The translations under genes were made by a program, and so were the position numbers. DNA of 64,000 nucleotides, from assembly GCA_973895155.1 (NCBI GenBank), contig OZ316898.1, positions 1,711,927-1,775,926 on the forward strand. Reading direction: 5' to 3'. This document shows, one piece after another, positions 24,966 to 38,960 of the stretch; positions within the stretch are counted from its first letter, which is position 1; every line of letters begins with the position of its first letter. Below the pieces are notes generated by a model that searched no databases, was not told the origin of the DNA, and saw only the letters and a program-made list of their open reading frames with translations. This DNA comes from Marsupella aquatica (taxonomy: Eukaryota; Plantae; Marchantiophyta).

Positions 24966-26260
24966 ATGGCCACGATTTCAGCGACGATCGTCGGTGCTGC
25001 TCTCGGATCCGTTGCTGCGCCGCAGAGAGCTGCAACCCAGGTGTGGATCTCGATTGGAGGCCATAGCGAGCGCTCTTTGAGAGATTCGAGGACTGTCCGG
25101 TGCCGTTCCCCATTTTTTCCATTTCAGCTGGGCTTCCGGTGTTCGTGTGTACTGGAGTGGAATTGGTCATTCAAGAGAAGCTTGTCTGTGGTCTCTGCGT
25201 GACAAAAATGCTTGATGTAGAATGTATGGCGCTGTCATTTGTTGGAGTGTAGGGTTTTGTCCAACATTAAGATATCTGTCTTGCTACCTGTCTGCAATCT
25301 GTGTTGGGCCGTGCGTACTGCATCGTAGAAATTGGTTTTCCTAGTCTTGTTTGTAACGGTATTTGTCCCTGCGGACAGACAGACGGAAGGAAGGAACTAT
25401 TGTTTCTCTAGAGCCCTTACTAGCTCGGGAATCACAGAATGGAGGGAGATTCTTGGGCTTTAACAATGGCTGGCAACAGCCCCGAGTGGGGAGCTTCAAG
25501 GGCCGGACGAAGCAACACCCGAAAATCGTAACTGGAGCACTACCAACAGAAGTTGCGGCTGCTGCCACCGCGCTTGCTGTCGGTGGTGCACTTTTTGCCC
25601 TCACAAAACTGAACAAAGACACAGAAGCAATCCTCCCGACAAAGACGGTATGCACAATTCCTTGTTCGGCTTGTTGTAATTTTAATTGTGGGGATGTATC
25701 ACAGTACAGGGTGTTTGAACTTTCCCACCGAATTTTGGAAAAATCCTTAACCATTTTTGCATTACTTATTTAGGATTGCGAAGCATGCGGAGGATCAGGA
25801 TTGTGCCCTACATGTGATGGCGAGGGATTTGTGAACAAAAACTTATCTGCAGACGCAGCAGCCAAAGCGCGGGCCACGGCCAAAGATGCAGCCACGAGAT
25901 ATACCGCTGGGTATCTCCCTTCCCATTCTCTTCTCTGCTTTGTGATTTTGTCAACGAATATCGAAACTCTTATTTCCTACCAAAATTAGCTTTCTCGAGT
26001 TCAGTAACGAAAGGCACCAAGTTTGGAGACTGCAGTGGGAGTTTTTCATGAGTGGCTTGTTAATGACGTTGGACTATACAATTTTACATTTTACAGAATG
26101 GTCAATGTTGTGGTTTTTCTTTTCCTCCGCGGGTTATTGTTGCCGGTTCTGATGAATTGGACTGATCTGCAGATTGGCGAAGAAGTGGAATTATTGCTCA
26201 ACCTGCGGTGGGGGACGCGGGTGTCAATCTTGTGAAGGTAGAGGATGGGTAGCTCAGTAG
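24966..26260 (+). CDS. FIP: Thylakoid DnaJ-type zinc-finger protein FIP (FtsH5-interacting protein) homologue, 4 exons, ~169 aa
   Basis: Exons 24966-25040, ~25438-25647, 25774-25910 and 26173-26260. Transit-peptide-like N-terminus, one TM helix, CxxCxGxG motifs and the FIP-like signature GEGFV.K.LS...A.KAR..AK..ATRYTAGL.KKW.YC. The exon-2 acceptor is inferred from phase. Confidence 0.85.
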
Positions 26261-27509
26261 ATTAGTTTTCTTTCCTTTCAGGATTCCCCTTCCGATTGTC
26301 CTGGATACGCGAATGGCTAGCGTGGGGGCTTAAATCTGCGATCGATATGCATCGATCTCTAAATAGAATTGAGAACCCTAAATTTGTTTCGTTGTACATC
26401 TGCTCTCACGAATTCGAGCTGGGTGCAGATATATCCAAAGTCGTTGAGATCAACCATTTGCTTGACTTCCCGGCTCTCACATGTGAAATTGGGGGATATG
26501 TATTTTTCAATCTGCGGCTAAAATTGCAATGCTGACGTCCGTCACTTGAATAATCAAGTCATTGAAAGCACCTTCGCTTTTTAACTGTAGCGTTCTCGGA
26601 GTGCATTTGCGGCTAATTATCTGGGAATTATTTTCTGCATCTCAGGAGAGTCCATTAACTTCACACTCCAGCCTTGAGAAAGAAAGAGCTTAGGGCTAAA
26701 TTTGTAAGGACGTAGTTCAGACTCTTCGAATGTCAGGAAATATTCTTTCTTTGAGAATCATTGATCCTTACATTTGAACGCGACGGAACTTACTCTGAAT
26801 TGAATTTCACGGAATTGTTATTACTTTCATGTCACGCTATACACTTCAATATGAATGTCACGAAATACATTCTGATGTGATATCACGAAATATAAGCTGA
26901 TTTTGAATGTCACAAAATACACTGAATGTCACGACGACATAATTGGAATTGTGACTGCCTTTGGAGCAGGTATTCATGCTACCGGGCATCCATCAAACTC
27001 GAGACTTTTTGGGACAGTGCTTTCGAGATTGCTGGATTATCCTTATGTACAAATCGAAGCTTGTGGAGCCGAGTTCCAAATTTTGTGGCCTCGTTTACGG
27101 CTGGCACCCAACACTAAATCCCCCTGTTATCTAGTACAAAGATCGAAAACTGAAGAACAGACAAAGAGTTGAGTTAACGAATGTGAATTTGATGTTTACC
27201 ACCAGTTTCTCTCAAGTTGGGGTGGGTAATAATGCACACTCTCTGCAGCAGAAGACATGGGCAGATTCATGTGGTATTTTGATTTAGGGTTTCAAGGTGA
27301 GGCCATTGAACCTGAAAGATGGTGTATGGAGGTGGCGTACCAACCCTGGTGTGGCTAACTTGTCGTCATACTAGAGGTGTCGTCAGTGAATATTTGCAAT
27401 TTGGCAACAGGTGAGGCATTCACCGAAGAATCAGATTGTGTATAAAGTGGCAGACTCAAACTAGCAGTTTTCCCGCATGGTCTGCCACGACTGCCTCTCG
27501 ATGTGATCT

Positions 27510-29040
27510 ATGACAATCATTGTCATTTGCTTGGGGCCAAAATCCATCATGTCCTTAGTAAGAATGTGTACAGTGACCGTGTCTCTATTCAGAATGTGTA
27601 TGTGCATGTGCTTGCGGGCACGGGAGCGAGAGAGACGAGAGACATCCAGCAGAGGTTTAGACGCCGACCAAGCCCCTGAACTCGACTTATCCAAAGCTGA
27701 TTGCATAGAGAAAGGAGAACTAGAACTTAGCATCACAACAGAACATTTGCAGCTCTCTGCGAACCCTCTTCCTATTCTAGCTGGACTGAGTCGTCATCCT
27801 TTTGTTGAAGCTGGCGACCTCAAGTCTATTTTGGGACCCTATAGCCCCAAACGACAGCTTGCAGAGCGGAAGGAATCACAGCAGGTATGGTTTCCAACTC
27901 CGTCAAAGAAGAGCTTTGATTGACCAACCAACAGTAAGCCCTGCTTAAGTCCGCATTTATATTAGTTAGCATTGTGTCACATTCGAAATTTGAGATCCAA
28001 AACCATATGTACGATTGTGATATTCTATTCAAAACCTCTGTAATATGCGAAATTAAGTGAGAGTACTGAAAATCCAGAAAATGAAGGCATTTATGACTAT
28101 CATGTTCCAAGAATTGAATGAGCCTTGAGTCACACAGAATTCTTTCATTTTAAACTCATAGCATTTTTGCTTTTGGACAGAACAACTTCACTCCGAGGCA
28201 CCTCAAGTCCGGGTTGCTGTGGTTGTCAAATAGTATTGACGAACATCATGCAATATTCTCAAACGGTGTCAAGCGCCCGATTGCTGAACAGGTTTGCCGA
28301 AAATCTCGTTTTGTAATTGTAATGCCGGCACGTTCAAGCTTGGTGCAATTCTAGTTCGGATAAGTCGGTTTCTTCACTTTGGGCATGAGAAATCAGCAAC
28401 CTATGGAGAACTATGCATACCAGATTAGTAAGTACTTTCCCCCCCTAGCCTGAGAAATTCGCAACAATTGGAGGAAGCTAAGCAGTTAAGGTCTGTTTCA
28501 CATGTACATAAGAATCAGTAACAGAAGAGGAAGCTGCTTAGCTGAGTAAGGATCAGCTTTTGCCGCTTCAGGATGAGAATTCATCAACATGACGGAAATT
28601 AAAATACCTACTATTCAGAAAGACAGGTCACAATCACCTCATCCTACATCGTGGAATAAAGATTTATATTGTGCTACTTGCAGGGGGAGCCTGGAGTGAC
28701 TCTGGAAAACGCTGAAGAGGTGGATCGACAATTTTTTAGCAGCTCAGCTGCGTCCCCAGCTCAGACGCACACGATTGCATGGTCTGAATGTGAATCTTGT
28801 GTCGTTGAATCTACATCTTGTATTGCCGATCACCATGAACTGATGGGAGAAAGAAAACATAGTGTGGAGGTTGTATTAATGGAGGAGAAGCTTTACACCC
28901 TCGTGGACGAACTAGTCCAGACAGATGAGAGTAAATACACCTATGGAACATCATGCCCCACTGACTTTGGACCTTCTTGCCAATGTAGCCAGCTACCTAA
29001 CCAGATTTTGGCCACGCCAGCCTCTTCTTGCACTATTTAA
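27510..29040 (+). CDS. Candidate two-exon hypothetical protein (~243 aa, no recognisable family)
   Basis: ORF 27510-27884 ends in CAG|GTATGG. The ORF resumes at TTGCAG|GGG (28684) in the same phase and runs to TAA at 29040. Confidence 0.35.
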
Positions 29041-29654
29041 CTTATTGATTGAGGACAACTCAAAAGAAGAATTTGACTACTTGCAACGGTAGGGAGTAGG
29101 ACCAGGGGCTGAGCGTAGTTCTACGAGCCCACGTAACGTACATCGTGGCCCTTCGACGGGGATTATATTAAAACTTACAAATAAATTAACTGTGAATCGG
29201 ATCTGTCAGGATTGCTTGCTTTGCCGATGTAGTCCAGAGATATTGTCAGTACCATATCAAAGAAGCTCTCTGCTCGATACCAGTACTGCCTCGGCATCCC
29301 AGTGCAGCCCCATGTGCGGAGGAAACAGTTTGTTCAGCAGATTATCTTTTAGTGATGGGAAAAGGCGAACCCACTTGCACGACAGCAGCTTTATCCTGTG
29401 ACCAGTTTTACCGCTGTGTGGATGGAACAGTTTGTTTAGCGCAATTAAGATCTTTGGTGATCATAGGCAGAATCTCGGTAGATGACACTTGCTTGAAAGA
29501 CAGATTTAGCCTCTGAGTACTTTCCTAACCAATTTCACCTCGTTAACGAAGGCTCAGGGACGAGTTCATCGTGACTCAGGGAAGAGATTGTTTCCAAGAC
29601 AAAGTATTTGTCAGTCTCTTTCTTCCACGTAGAGAACTCCTACGCAGATTACGG

Positions 29655-29950
29655 GTTTGGTAAACAGGTTTCTCTTTTTCTTCCACCTGCAAAAATACTA
29701 CTCACACATCTAGTTTTGCTGGAGAGGTGGTGAAGTGTCGTTCCAGTCCTGGTTTGGTACACACGTCACTATTTTCTTCAACATGCAAAAATCCTACTCA
29801 ATACAGTTTTGGTTAAGAGGTAACAGTCTCGTTCCAATCCTTGGGTTTTGGTACACAGGTTTCTATTTTCTTCGACATACAAAAACCCAACTCAAATATA
29901 TAGTTTGGTAAAGAGGTAAACGTGTCGTTCAAGTCCTTGGTTTCGTACAA
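29655..29950. repeat. Three imperfect ~95-bp tandem units
   Basis: Recurrent TTTTCTTC.ACAT.CAAAAA...ACTCA...AGTTT(T)G...AGAGGT...TCGTTC.A.TCCT(T)GG..T.GTACA. Confidence 0.75.
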
Positions 29951-31283
29951 ATGTCGGAAATCCTGTCTTCTCCTCACAATTTATGTACCGTACTATGGGT
30001 GTGATGCCCCCGGGGTGATGCCAGTACCACGCCGTACATACAGCAGTGGAGTCCTGAGCAAGCTGGTAGTATTCAACGACTAGGTCAAATGCTCCAGTCA
30101 TCAGAAAGACCAACTTGTCCGATTCAGCAACTTTATCAAAAGCTTGACTAATTCCAGTCATTAGTCAAATCCACTCCCGTGTGACTTTCGGTTCGGCATT
30201 CGGCGTTATTTATTTGGCAGGCCTCAAAACTTGTCAGTTCCGTACTTGGAAGGCCACTGTGGTAGGTAGCGGTAACGGTTCGTACACTACTGAAGTGTGT
30301 CCTTGACGGAAAAGCAAGTTCAGTCCCCATGGTCAGTACAACCTCCCATCAGAGATGACCGTTTCAACCCACATAGCAATTGATTCGGCCTCCGCTTCGA
30401 GACCCAAAACGCAAACAAACAACCAGCCCGCACCGTTGGACAAAATGACTAATACGAGGCAAAACGACATGACAGCAGATGGTAGAGATTTCATGTGCTC
30501 CCATGTGACAGCCGAATCACTTCGCATCTTGCCCAGTAATTCAAAGTTTTCGTCAAAAGGAGATAAGAATCTCGTCGAATCTTGCCCAGTAATTCAAATT
30601 TATGGTACAAAGGGTTCTTGAGCATCGACACGTACATTACTCGTCCCCCTCTCACGACACCCACCCCAAATCACATGGACATGCATGGGGGTAACCCGAT
30701 AAGACAACAGAATTAGCTGAAACGAGAAAAAACACGGAATGATTCGAAAAGGCCACTTTAGAAGGAGCTTGTTTTACTATTCAAGCATGTGCTTTCTTTG
30801 GCGAAAGCCTACATTCAAAAAATTTTCCCCAGACGTCTAAACGAGTTGCAAAGCTTGCGTTCGCTACTACACAAGAACAGCTAGTGATCATCTAACTAGT
30901 GTGCTGCTGTTCAAAAGAATGATTTTTTGAGGTATCTGAAGAGAATTAGGTGAATGTAGGAAGCCTAAAAATGAATCCCTTCCAGATAGGGACGACTAAT
31001 GACTGTATTTAATTTGACCGATTCGCTCACCAAAAGGTTACAGTAAGGTAAGGTAGTGAGCATATCTGTACAAAGCCCTCACCTACCAAATTGCGTTCTC
31101 CACGAACCTCTCCTAACGCCTCGAAAAATCCACAAAAGCCAGGATTGCATAGCATGTCCAATTTAATCGAGTCTAGGAAACATTGCACAAGCAGAACAAG
31201 TAGTGTTCCACCGGGCAATTTACATGATGGGCCATATTGACCAAGTCAACCTAATTTTGGACCATTGCCAACACTTGTCTTCA

Positions 31284-34005
31284 TCAGCCTTGAAGAACAT
31301 TCCTCGGCGAAGCCCCAAGACCCGTCTTTCTTTGGAAATGGTGAAGGTCCACAATCAACACACTAATATCGTCGTGACATCCCCTCTGGACGGACATCTC
31401 CACCAATCTCTTGCAGGCAGCCGCTGTCCCAGCGCTAGGTAATGGCGGTTCTGGGAAACCAACATTTGGCATGTCAGAATCCATCGTGCCCATACAAATA
31501 TCCACTTCATCATCTGTCATTGACGGAAACCTGGTGTTGAGATCCTGTGTCTCCGGATACTTTCCCAAAAGCTTCATATCTTGCAGTCCCTGACTTTCAT
31601 CTGTTGAGTCAAGTACTACCTCCTCCCCTCGTTTGGAAAGACTGGAGGATGCCATGGCCAGCGGAATTTGCAAGTCCATCACCACTGATTTCATGCTTTC
31701 TGACTGAAGGAAGGCTCTAGCAGTATCGACAGCTTCTTGGTTGGTAACCTGAGGTCAAAACAGAAGGCCATCTTAGGTAATGCACATCAAACTTCGAACA
31801 CATGTGAAACTTCATAAAATGTTTGATTGACCAACTGGGAATTCCAAGGCGGGGTGTCGTAGCATCCTGCCCAAAGTTCCTCCTATCAAGGCCCAGAGTC
31901 CAATAACTTGGCACAGTTCAATAAACTTACAAAACTACTCGAAGACGTACACAATACAAACAAAGATTTGTAGCTTACCGCATCCCACAGTCCGTCTGAA
32001 GCCAGTATGAGGAATTCGCAATCGGATGTGATTTGCAGCTTTTGAACCTCCGGTTCAGCAGAAATCCATTCCTTCAAGTGTAGATCACCAATACCTCTTG
32101 ACACGGCTAACGTTCCTTGCACCCTCCATGTGCCAGTGAGGTTGTCCACGAAGCCTCCCTGTACAGATATTCCAGACTTTAGAAATTTGAAGGGGAAACA
32201 ATATGAAGCAAACAAGTCTTATCCCAAACACTGCATGCGGGCAAGGAAAGAAGACCCTACTCACCAGGTTCTCAATGCGTTGTCGTTCATCCTCCCTCCC
32301 TGCTCGGTGATCGCTAGTAAGAGCCTCTGCAGTGCCCGCTCTACTTAACACGGCACGACAATCTCCGGCATTTGCGACCACCATATGGCCATCTTTCATT
32401 ATAGCAGTAACACAGCTAGCTCCGCTGGTAACACGCTGCATGACAGAACAGGTGCAGAGCAGTCAGCTCCAATTGAGGTGAATAGACCGTTGAAGTAACA
32501 ATCAGATCTACAAAATTAGTCACTTGAGAAAAGCTCAAACTATAACTGGAAACCCAACCAAAACTGCAAAATTTCAAAATAGAGCAGAAAGGAGAAGCGG
32601 CAAAATACGTGTTAAAATTATGAGCAGCAAGGCACCCACCTGTTGCAAGAACTCTGCATCAGCAGCGAGATAGCCTGATCGAATTGCTGCTTCTATAGAT
32701 CCTTCCCCTTCCTGAGAGCTCTCCATGGCTTCTGTGATTTTGAGGACCAACTGTTCGGCAGCAAAATCTGCAGCCTTGCGCCCTCCGTGTCCATCGAACA
32801 CACCAAAGAACGCCTGCATTTGAGAACCCACAATCGCATAAGCTTATGGTACTCGAATTCCATGACAGCCTCAAACACAAAACTGCACAGGACAGTTTCA
32901 GATGACGCAAAGGGAACAGCCGGCTGACACAGCACCAAAACAAAAGCTTGCCTTCAAATGTGCAACCTTTCTTATTCTAGCTACTCACATGAAAGTTATG
33001 AGGAAGTAAACCTACCTGTCCAGGGTCACCATGCAAATCAGGAACGGCTTTGTGAGTGTCCTCCAGAATTTCCCGTCGACCCTTCTTGCATGAGATGCCA
33101 TAGTACGAGCCGTCGACCGTCATCTCATTGATAGCCTCTTCGGCGAGATCGACCACGTGGGGGAAGGTCGACGGGAGGACAGCACTGATGCCTGTGGGGA
33201 TTTCTAGCTTGGGAGGCCGCTTCCGCTTCAATGGCGGCGAGATTGGCCTTACGCTAGGCGCTGCTGATATGTCCGCTTTGGTTACATCCGAGCTCACACT
33301 GGACGTTGCGGAAAGCAGAGGTTCAGTTTCCTCTGTGGGTTCGTCAAACCGATCCGTTGGGAGGTCAGCCAGCTTTAGCAACTCTTCTGCAATGGAGACA
33401 CGAGATATGGGAAACACTCTGGGCGACTTGAAGATGGAATGGGATCCCCCGAACCGGGGTGATGGAGCTTCTGGGGGTATGAGAAGGGGCGGCGGCATTG
33501 CAGAAGAGAATCTCGAAATGGGGCTGGTCCTACTCAGCCGGGGAGATGGGGGCTCTACATACGATCCATGCTTGCCATCACTTTGTGTGTCGAGATTGAA
33601 GCGCTTCTCCGGAGCAGTTGGCCGCCATTTGAGGTCAGTAGGGGATGGAGATGCTGCAGTAGAGCAAGAGCAGGACGTATACATCGAAACCCCTACACAT
33701 CCACATACCGACCGTGCACTGGGAGTCCCTACGGGTGATGCCCAAGTTGATGGGGTCCGGGGTGAGCATTGGACCCTTGGAGACGGAGGGGGTAGCATTG
33801 GAGAGTGAGAAGGAGAGGACATGCGTGTGCAGAGGAAAGGAGAGAGCTTGGGTGCTCCCTGGAAGGACGATGAAGGTAACAAATCGTCTAGGTTCGCGAG
33901 TTGGTGAGAAGGCCGGACATCCCCGAAGATGCGAAGGTCGTCTCTGTGCCGCATCGAAGGAGATGCAGCCAACACCGGAGAAGTTGCAACAGCAACACAC
34001 GTCAT
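31284..34005 (-). CDS. Protein phosphatase 2C, clade B (AP2C/MP2C MAPK-phosphatase type), 5 exons, ~659 aa
   Basis: Exons 34005-33016, 32813-32640, 32435-32265, 32158-31979 and 31748-31284. KIM docking motif [12 protein letters not shown]. Catalytic motifs [40 protein letters not shown] and RGCHDDISV. Confidence 0.93.
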
Positions 34006-36086
34006 TTCTTTCGTTGGCTTCTCGTCGTGAAGTGAGGTCGACTAGTTACTTAAAGTTGAGCAACCTTTTGATCTAAACACATCGGTTCCTCGATTGCCTG
34101 CAAATTACATGCCAATATCCGTGCTTAGAAACGAACAGACGAGACCTTGTGGTTCACTTCGAGTTCTGAGCATACAGTATTTCGTTCCCTAACAAGCTGC
34201 ATCCATTAGAAGAATGGTAATCCGTAACACAGGTTGGTAATTATCATCCCTGCGTGTCCCGCAGCGCTATCCAACGAGACAACAAAATTCCAATCTTTAC
34301 AGGGATGTTGACCAATTGCAAACCACCGGACTGAAATTTGCGACTTGGAATTTCCTGCATCTCTGCAAGTACAGCTGGTACTGCAACGCGGGATGAACCA
34401 GTTGCTATTCAAGTTATGGCACCTTTCCGCCCGTCTGATACTGATCGGTAGCTTTCTCGGGTCCAAATTTAGCTCGCAATGGCTCAATGCTCTTCTAAAA
34501 ATGCTGGGAATTCGTAAAGAGGGCTATTCAAATCCCTGCGATTGAAAGGTGGTTCCGAAAAACAAAAGAACAGTCTTGACCAGTTCCACCTTCCAACGTA
34601 CTTCGAACCTGTTGCAGCTCGACAAGCTTAAATTTCTCACAGAATTAGAGATAATGGTAAACGATGCACTTACCAAGTCAAACTCCAAGACATGAGGCGC
34701 TCCCTTGTTTAGAAGTAAACTTTCAGTACCACAACATCCACCTACTACACGGCAGCACGGATCTCTTCACCTCACAGCCCCCATTCTTCTTAACAAATCT
34801 ACACCTGCCTTAGGTTCTTCCAGTCGGGGTTCGTCTTCTCCCCTTCTCCCCTTGTGAAACCTTTCGTCCAAACTCTTAACTGTATCTGTAATGTCTTTGC
34901 CTCGTCAAGTCTTCTTGCCTGTGAGCAGTACGTTCTCTTTTGTGCAAGCCGCGACGACGGACACTCAACCGAGGCAAGCTGTCGATTCTCCCTCGACGAA
35001 TAACTTTTCGATCCAAATACTCGACAGTCCTTCGATATGAAACAGGTTCTCTGATCTGATAGTTTACTTTACTCACTCAAAACGCGTCTCCGGCCCGGAT
35101 ATATTGGCTTGCTTAATAGCTAGCTAGCTAGCCAGCTAGCTGGACGCAAAACGGACACACTGCGCGCCTCGCAGGATCCCACAAGACGCGCAGGTGAGGA
35201 ACTCCCTCGTTTCCCTTGACCACGATGAGCCAAACAGCACACTGACACTTTTTTTTTTCTATACTCGATTCTCCTTGAACTTCTGCGGAACAGCCGGATA
35301 CGAGTGTGTTCCGCTGCTGATCTAGTCTACTATCTACTTCTAGTAGTAGTACAGTCCTATTCCCACACGAGCACGAGTGTGTGATGAGAAAGTGAGTGAG
35401 TCGTCTTCGACGCGATGTCTTCTACAGTAGTCGAGCTTTTCAGCTATGGCTTCTCTTCTCGTCTCTTCTCTTCTTTTCGCTTCGCTTCGACGAAACGAAG
35501 TGGTGCGGGATGCGGCGGTGGGTAGAGACGATGGATGACGATCGACGATCGACGATGGCACCTTCGATTGGTTCGTTCGTTCTTTATCCCCTTCGCTAAT
35601 AATGATTTTTCTCTCCTCCCGCCCGTTCTTGGCATTCAAGTAAATAAGGGGCACTCTGCCCTGTCAGTCAAGGGTGCCCTGGCAGTCAAACCACTCTGCC
35701 CCGTGCCCACCTCCGGCCCAGCCCGCGGGCGAATGGGGCAAAAGTAAATATCTCGAAAAGATTTCCGTTCGACACGAGAACCCATTAAAATAATCTCTCT
35801 GCCCGTGTCAGTGTGTCGGGAGTTCAGGTTTTCCGTCGCAGGCGGGCAGCAACCTACAGTGCCGTACGTGACGCGAGGATGTAAGTTGCGTTTCACTCCT
35901 CGGGAAAAGTAGTAACTTTGGAAACACGTCCGACGGTTAATCTGAGCCGCTTACTTTTGGGGATCGACGGTTCGGAAGCCCCTGAGGGACTGTTTTTAGT
36001 CACGTTGACTGAGTAACTTTGATGCTTGCGGTTTGCAGGCTGAGCTGGAGGGAAAGAAAACAAAGCTGTGCCGTACGTACCGCACG

Positions 36087-36121
36087 GAGAGGAGAGGAGA
36101 GGAGAGGAGAGGAGAGGAGAG
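36087..36121. repeat. (GAGGA)n microsatellite upstream of the PP2C gene
   Basis: Run of GAGGA units. Confidence 0.85.
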
Positions 36122-38960
36122 AAAAAGTCCTCGAAAACTTCTTACGTGGCCGAGAATAGAAAGAAAAAGTCCGAACAAACTAACAAAGCAGATGCCGAGG
36201 GACAGCTCCACCCGTCGAATTCCGATACCGTCCAAAACATTCAAAGCGCACCGCTGAACTTTTCCATTCCCACCGTTCCATGGGCTTCGATCGAACAAGG
36301 AGCTGTCGTTCTGCCCATGCCTTGACCGCTGGGCTTGGCCTACCTGTCCTCTCTATAATACTCGCTTACCTCCTCTTACCGTGCATAACTGCACCGTGTA
36401 TGAGTGCGTTCCAGGAGTAACTGCAGGCCCATTATCCCTTTGAGTTATTTTTTTCAAAGCTAATGCCGCGTAAACCCCAGTAGTCCTGTACCCCACAAAG
36501 AGGGGAAACAACCAGGCACAAGGCCCTGCTAGCGACACACAGCTAGCGACAAGAGGACCACTTTCCCATTGGCCTCTGTAGCCCCTGAACATCCAAAGCT
36601 TTCCTTTGGAAATGCACCAAAAAAAATGCACTGTCTGTATAGACCTCAGTAAAACAAATACCTAATAAACTCTTTGCATAATTTATCATTACTGTAATTC
36701 ATGGATGAGAAGCATGTATTGGTATGTGCAGCAATAGTTTTGTGCACTTATTCAGGTATATTGTGCAGTATGAGGAGTTCTATTTGTATGACCTCGCAAC
36801 ACATGTGAAGAAGTGCACAAGCAAATTCACATGCACTCAATGGATGAGCCATTGTTTCATGGTCAAGTACATTTGGGTTTAATTTTTTTATGCTACTGCC
36901 TAGCTTTGAAACCTACTTGGTACAAAATTTGATGAAAAGTGGATTTCCAAGACCTTTCAAATGAGCCTGATCAACCCAATCAAGTGAAAGTAAAAATTAA
37001 AGTGTAGACCAGGATCATAGGCCATTGTTGTTGCTTCAGATAAAGTTTTTAGATAAGCCGGCATACTAGAAATGATGGAAATTTGGAGGATTGTCTCTTT
37101 CCAAAGAGTTCTTCATGAATCTAATTTCAATCGCTTCTGCTACTGAAACAGCCATTGTCCCCAAATGGTAATTAGGGTAACCTGGATCTACCAGGTTTTG
37201 CTTGGAGGGCAGTGCTGATTTTATGCAGTAGTAGTTTCCTTACAAGAATTAAAGTATTAAAGCATACATAATGAGAGGGCCTCACAATTTCACAAACCAA
37301 TTTTGCCTTGAAAGAGTAAAAATAAGTCCATTAAATCCACCAGAAGGAACACAAGATAGCCCACGTGTTTTGGGATCTTCTAGACGTGCAACCGGCACAT
37401 TGACCAACAACTTATCTGGAAGGTGGGAGGGATATGTGAGGGCATCTCCTTGTGCAGCCAACCTACCCGGAACTTGTCCATATGGTGGGCAATATGGCGC
37501 CACCCTAGTTCATGCAGGACCTCCACAAAAAACAAAAAATCTAATTCCAGGGAATAAGGCAACACCAAAACTATTATTCTCATTTAACTGCTTCCATTTA
37601 AGAGATAATGCATACAATGAAAAAGTCAATGTTTACATCAAGATACTTAGAGTATTATGTGCTCACACAATTCTTTTGAGATTTTGCAACCACTCTAAAG
37701 TTTTGTCATTCAGGTCCAGAATGTTAATAATTCTTTATGTTTTGTGCAAATCTGGATGACATTAAGGTACACTTTATGCAGTGTTTTGTTACTGTTAGGC
37801 CATGTTGGGTAGAGCGACAAGTTGCGTCCACTCTGAGGATTACTTTACAAGACTTTGTTCACTAATGGCCACCAGAAGGTTACTTTCATAAAGATAAACC
37901 TTGAAATAAGTTCAATAAATGCAAATGCCCTAGAATGGAATGAAGGAGTAAGAGTTTGTAAATGTTGGACCACCTCTCAAAGTGGTTAAAAATTCTATGC
38001 AAAATAGCACTCCATAATTATAGTCATTTCCTTTTACCCATTGCTCTCCATGTAGGATTGGTACACACCATTGTGAAATGGTCCCCCAGTTTTTGTAAAG
38101 CGAACTGCAGTCATTTCTACTCATTATACAGTATCTCAGGGGCCATATATAGTGGAATGTCCATGTATTCTAAAGCCACTCTCAGTGTCCTCCACTAGAT
38201 TGTTTCCACCCTTGGCCCTAATTTGACAGGCCTCATGTTCCATGTTTGAGGACCGCATTGGAAAACCCGTTATGTACAGAGCAGGTGATGCAGACTTGTT
38301 GTGTTTAGGAATAAGGGACAACTAGACAGGACAAGGTGTGACAGTACCATAGTGCCATCCAGGTTCGAACAGGGCCTGCACAAAATATTGATTATTTTTC
38401 ATTGTAGGAAATAATAGAAATCCAGAATTCGATTCTTCTATCTTCATTTTTCCATTTTTTAAACAATGCATATTGGAAAGTAAGTTTTTTACACCGAGAT
38501 GCTTTTTCAAGTTTACACCAAATGTTTGTTAAGACATTTACTTGTTCAACCCCAAAAAATGAAAAGTATTATGTCATGGACTACATGGCTGGTCTAGACC
38601 ATTAATAGACCTAAATCAACGTCACAGAACATCATGGTGTTGATTAGGGAGAAAACTGGTCGATCAAGTAAATATTGATCCACAGTTAATAAACCTTAAT
38701 TCAACCCAAAATCCCATGGGGTTGGTTGGGGAGGGAGAAAGCTTTCAGTTGGGGTTCATCAAATAAATGTCTCAACTGATGCCATTTTGGTTGATTTTTT
38801 CATCACACATTGTGGAAGAGTAAATTCCATTGGATTAATTATCGTGATGTTAATATTAAATATTTGGGGTTGAGTTCTCTTTTATGTCTTTCTCTACTTG
38901 CCTTGCAAATGCAAGATTCAAAAATACCTATTTTAAGATACACACTCATCAAGTTATGGA

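Noticed and set aside
33128-33808. 226-aa antisense ORF over PP2C exon 1
   Set aside because: It is a shadow of a GC-rich Ser/Pro-coding exon with no independent features.
37271-38510. ORF cluster possibly from a MULE/SWIM transposase
   Set aside because: Only a vague NNLVE-like match, which is insufficient to call.
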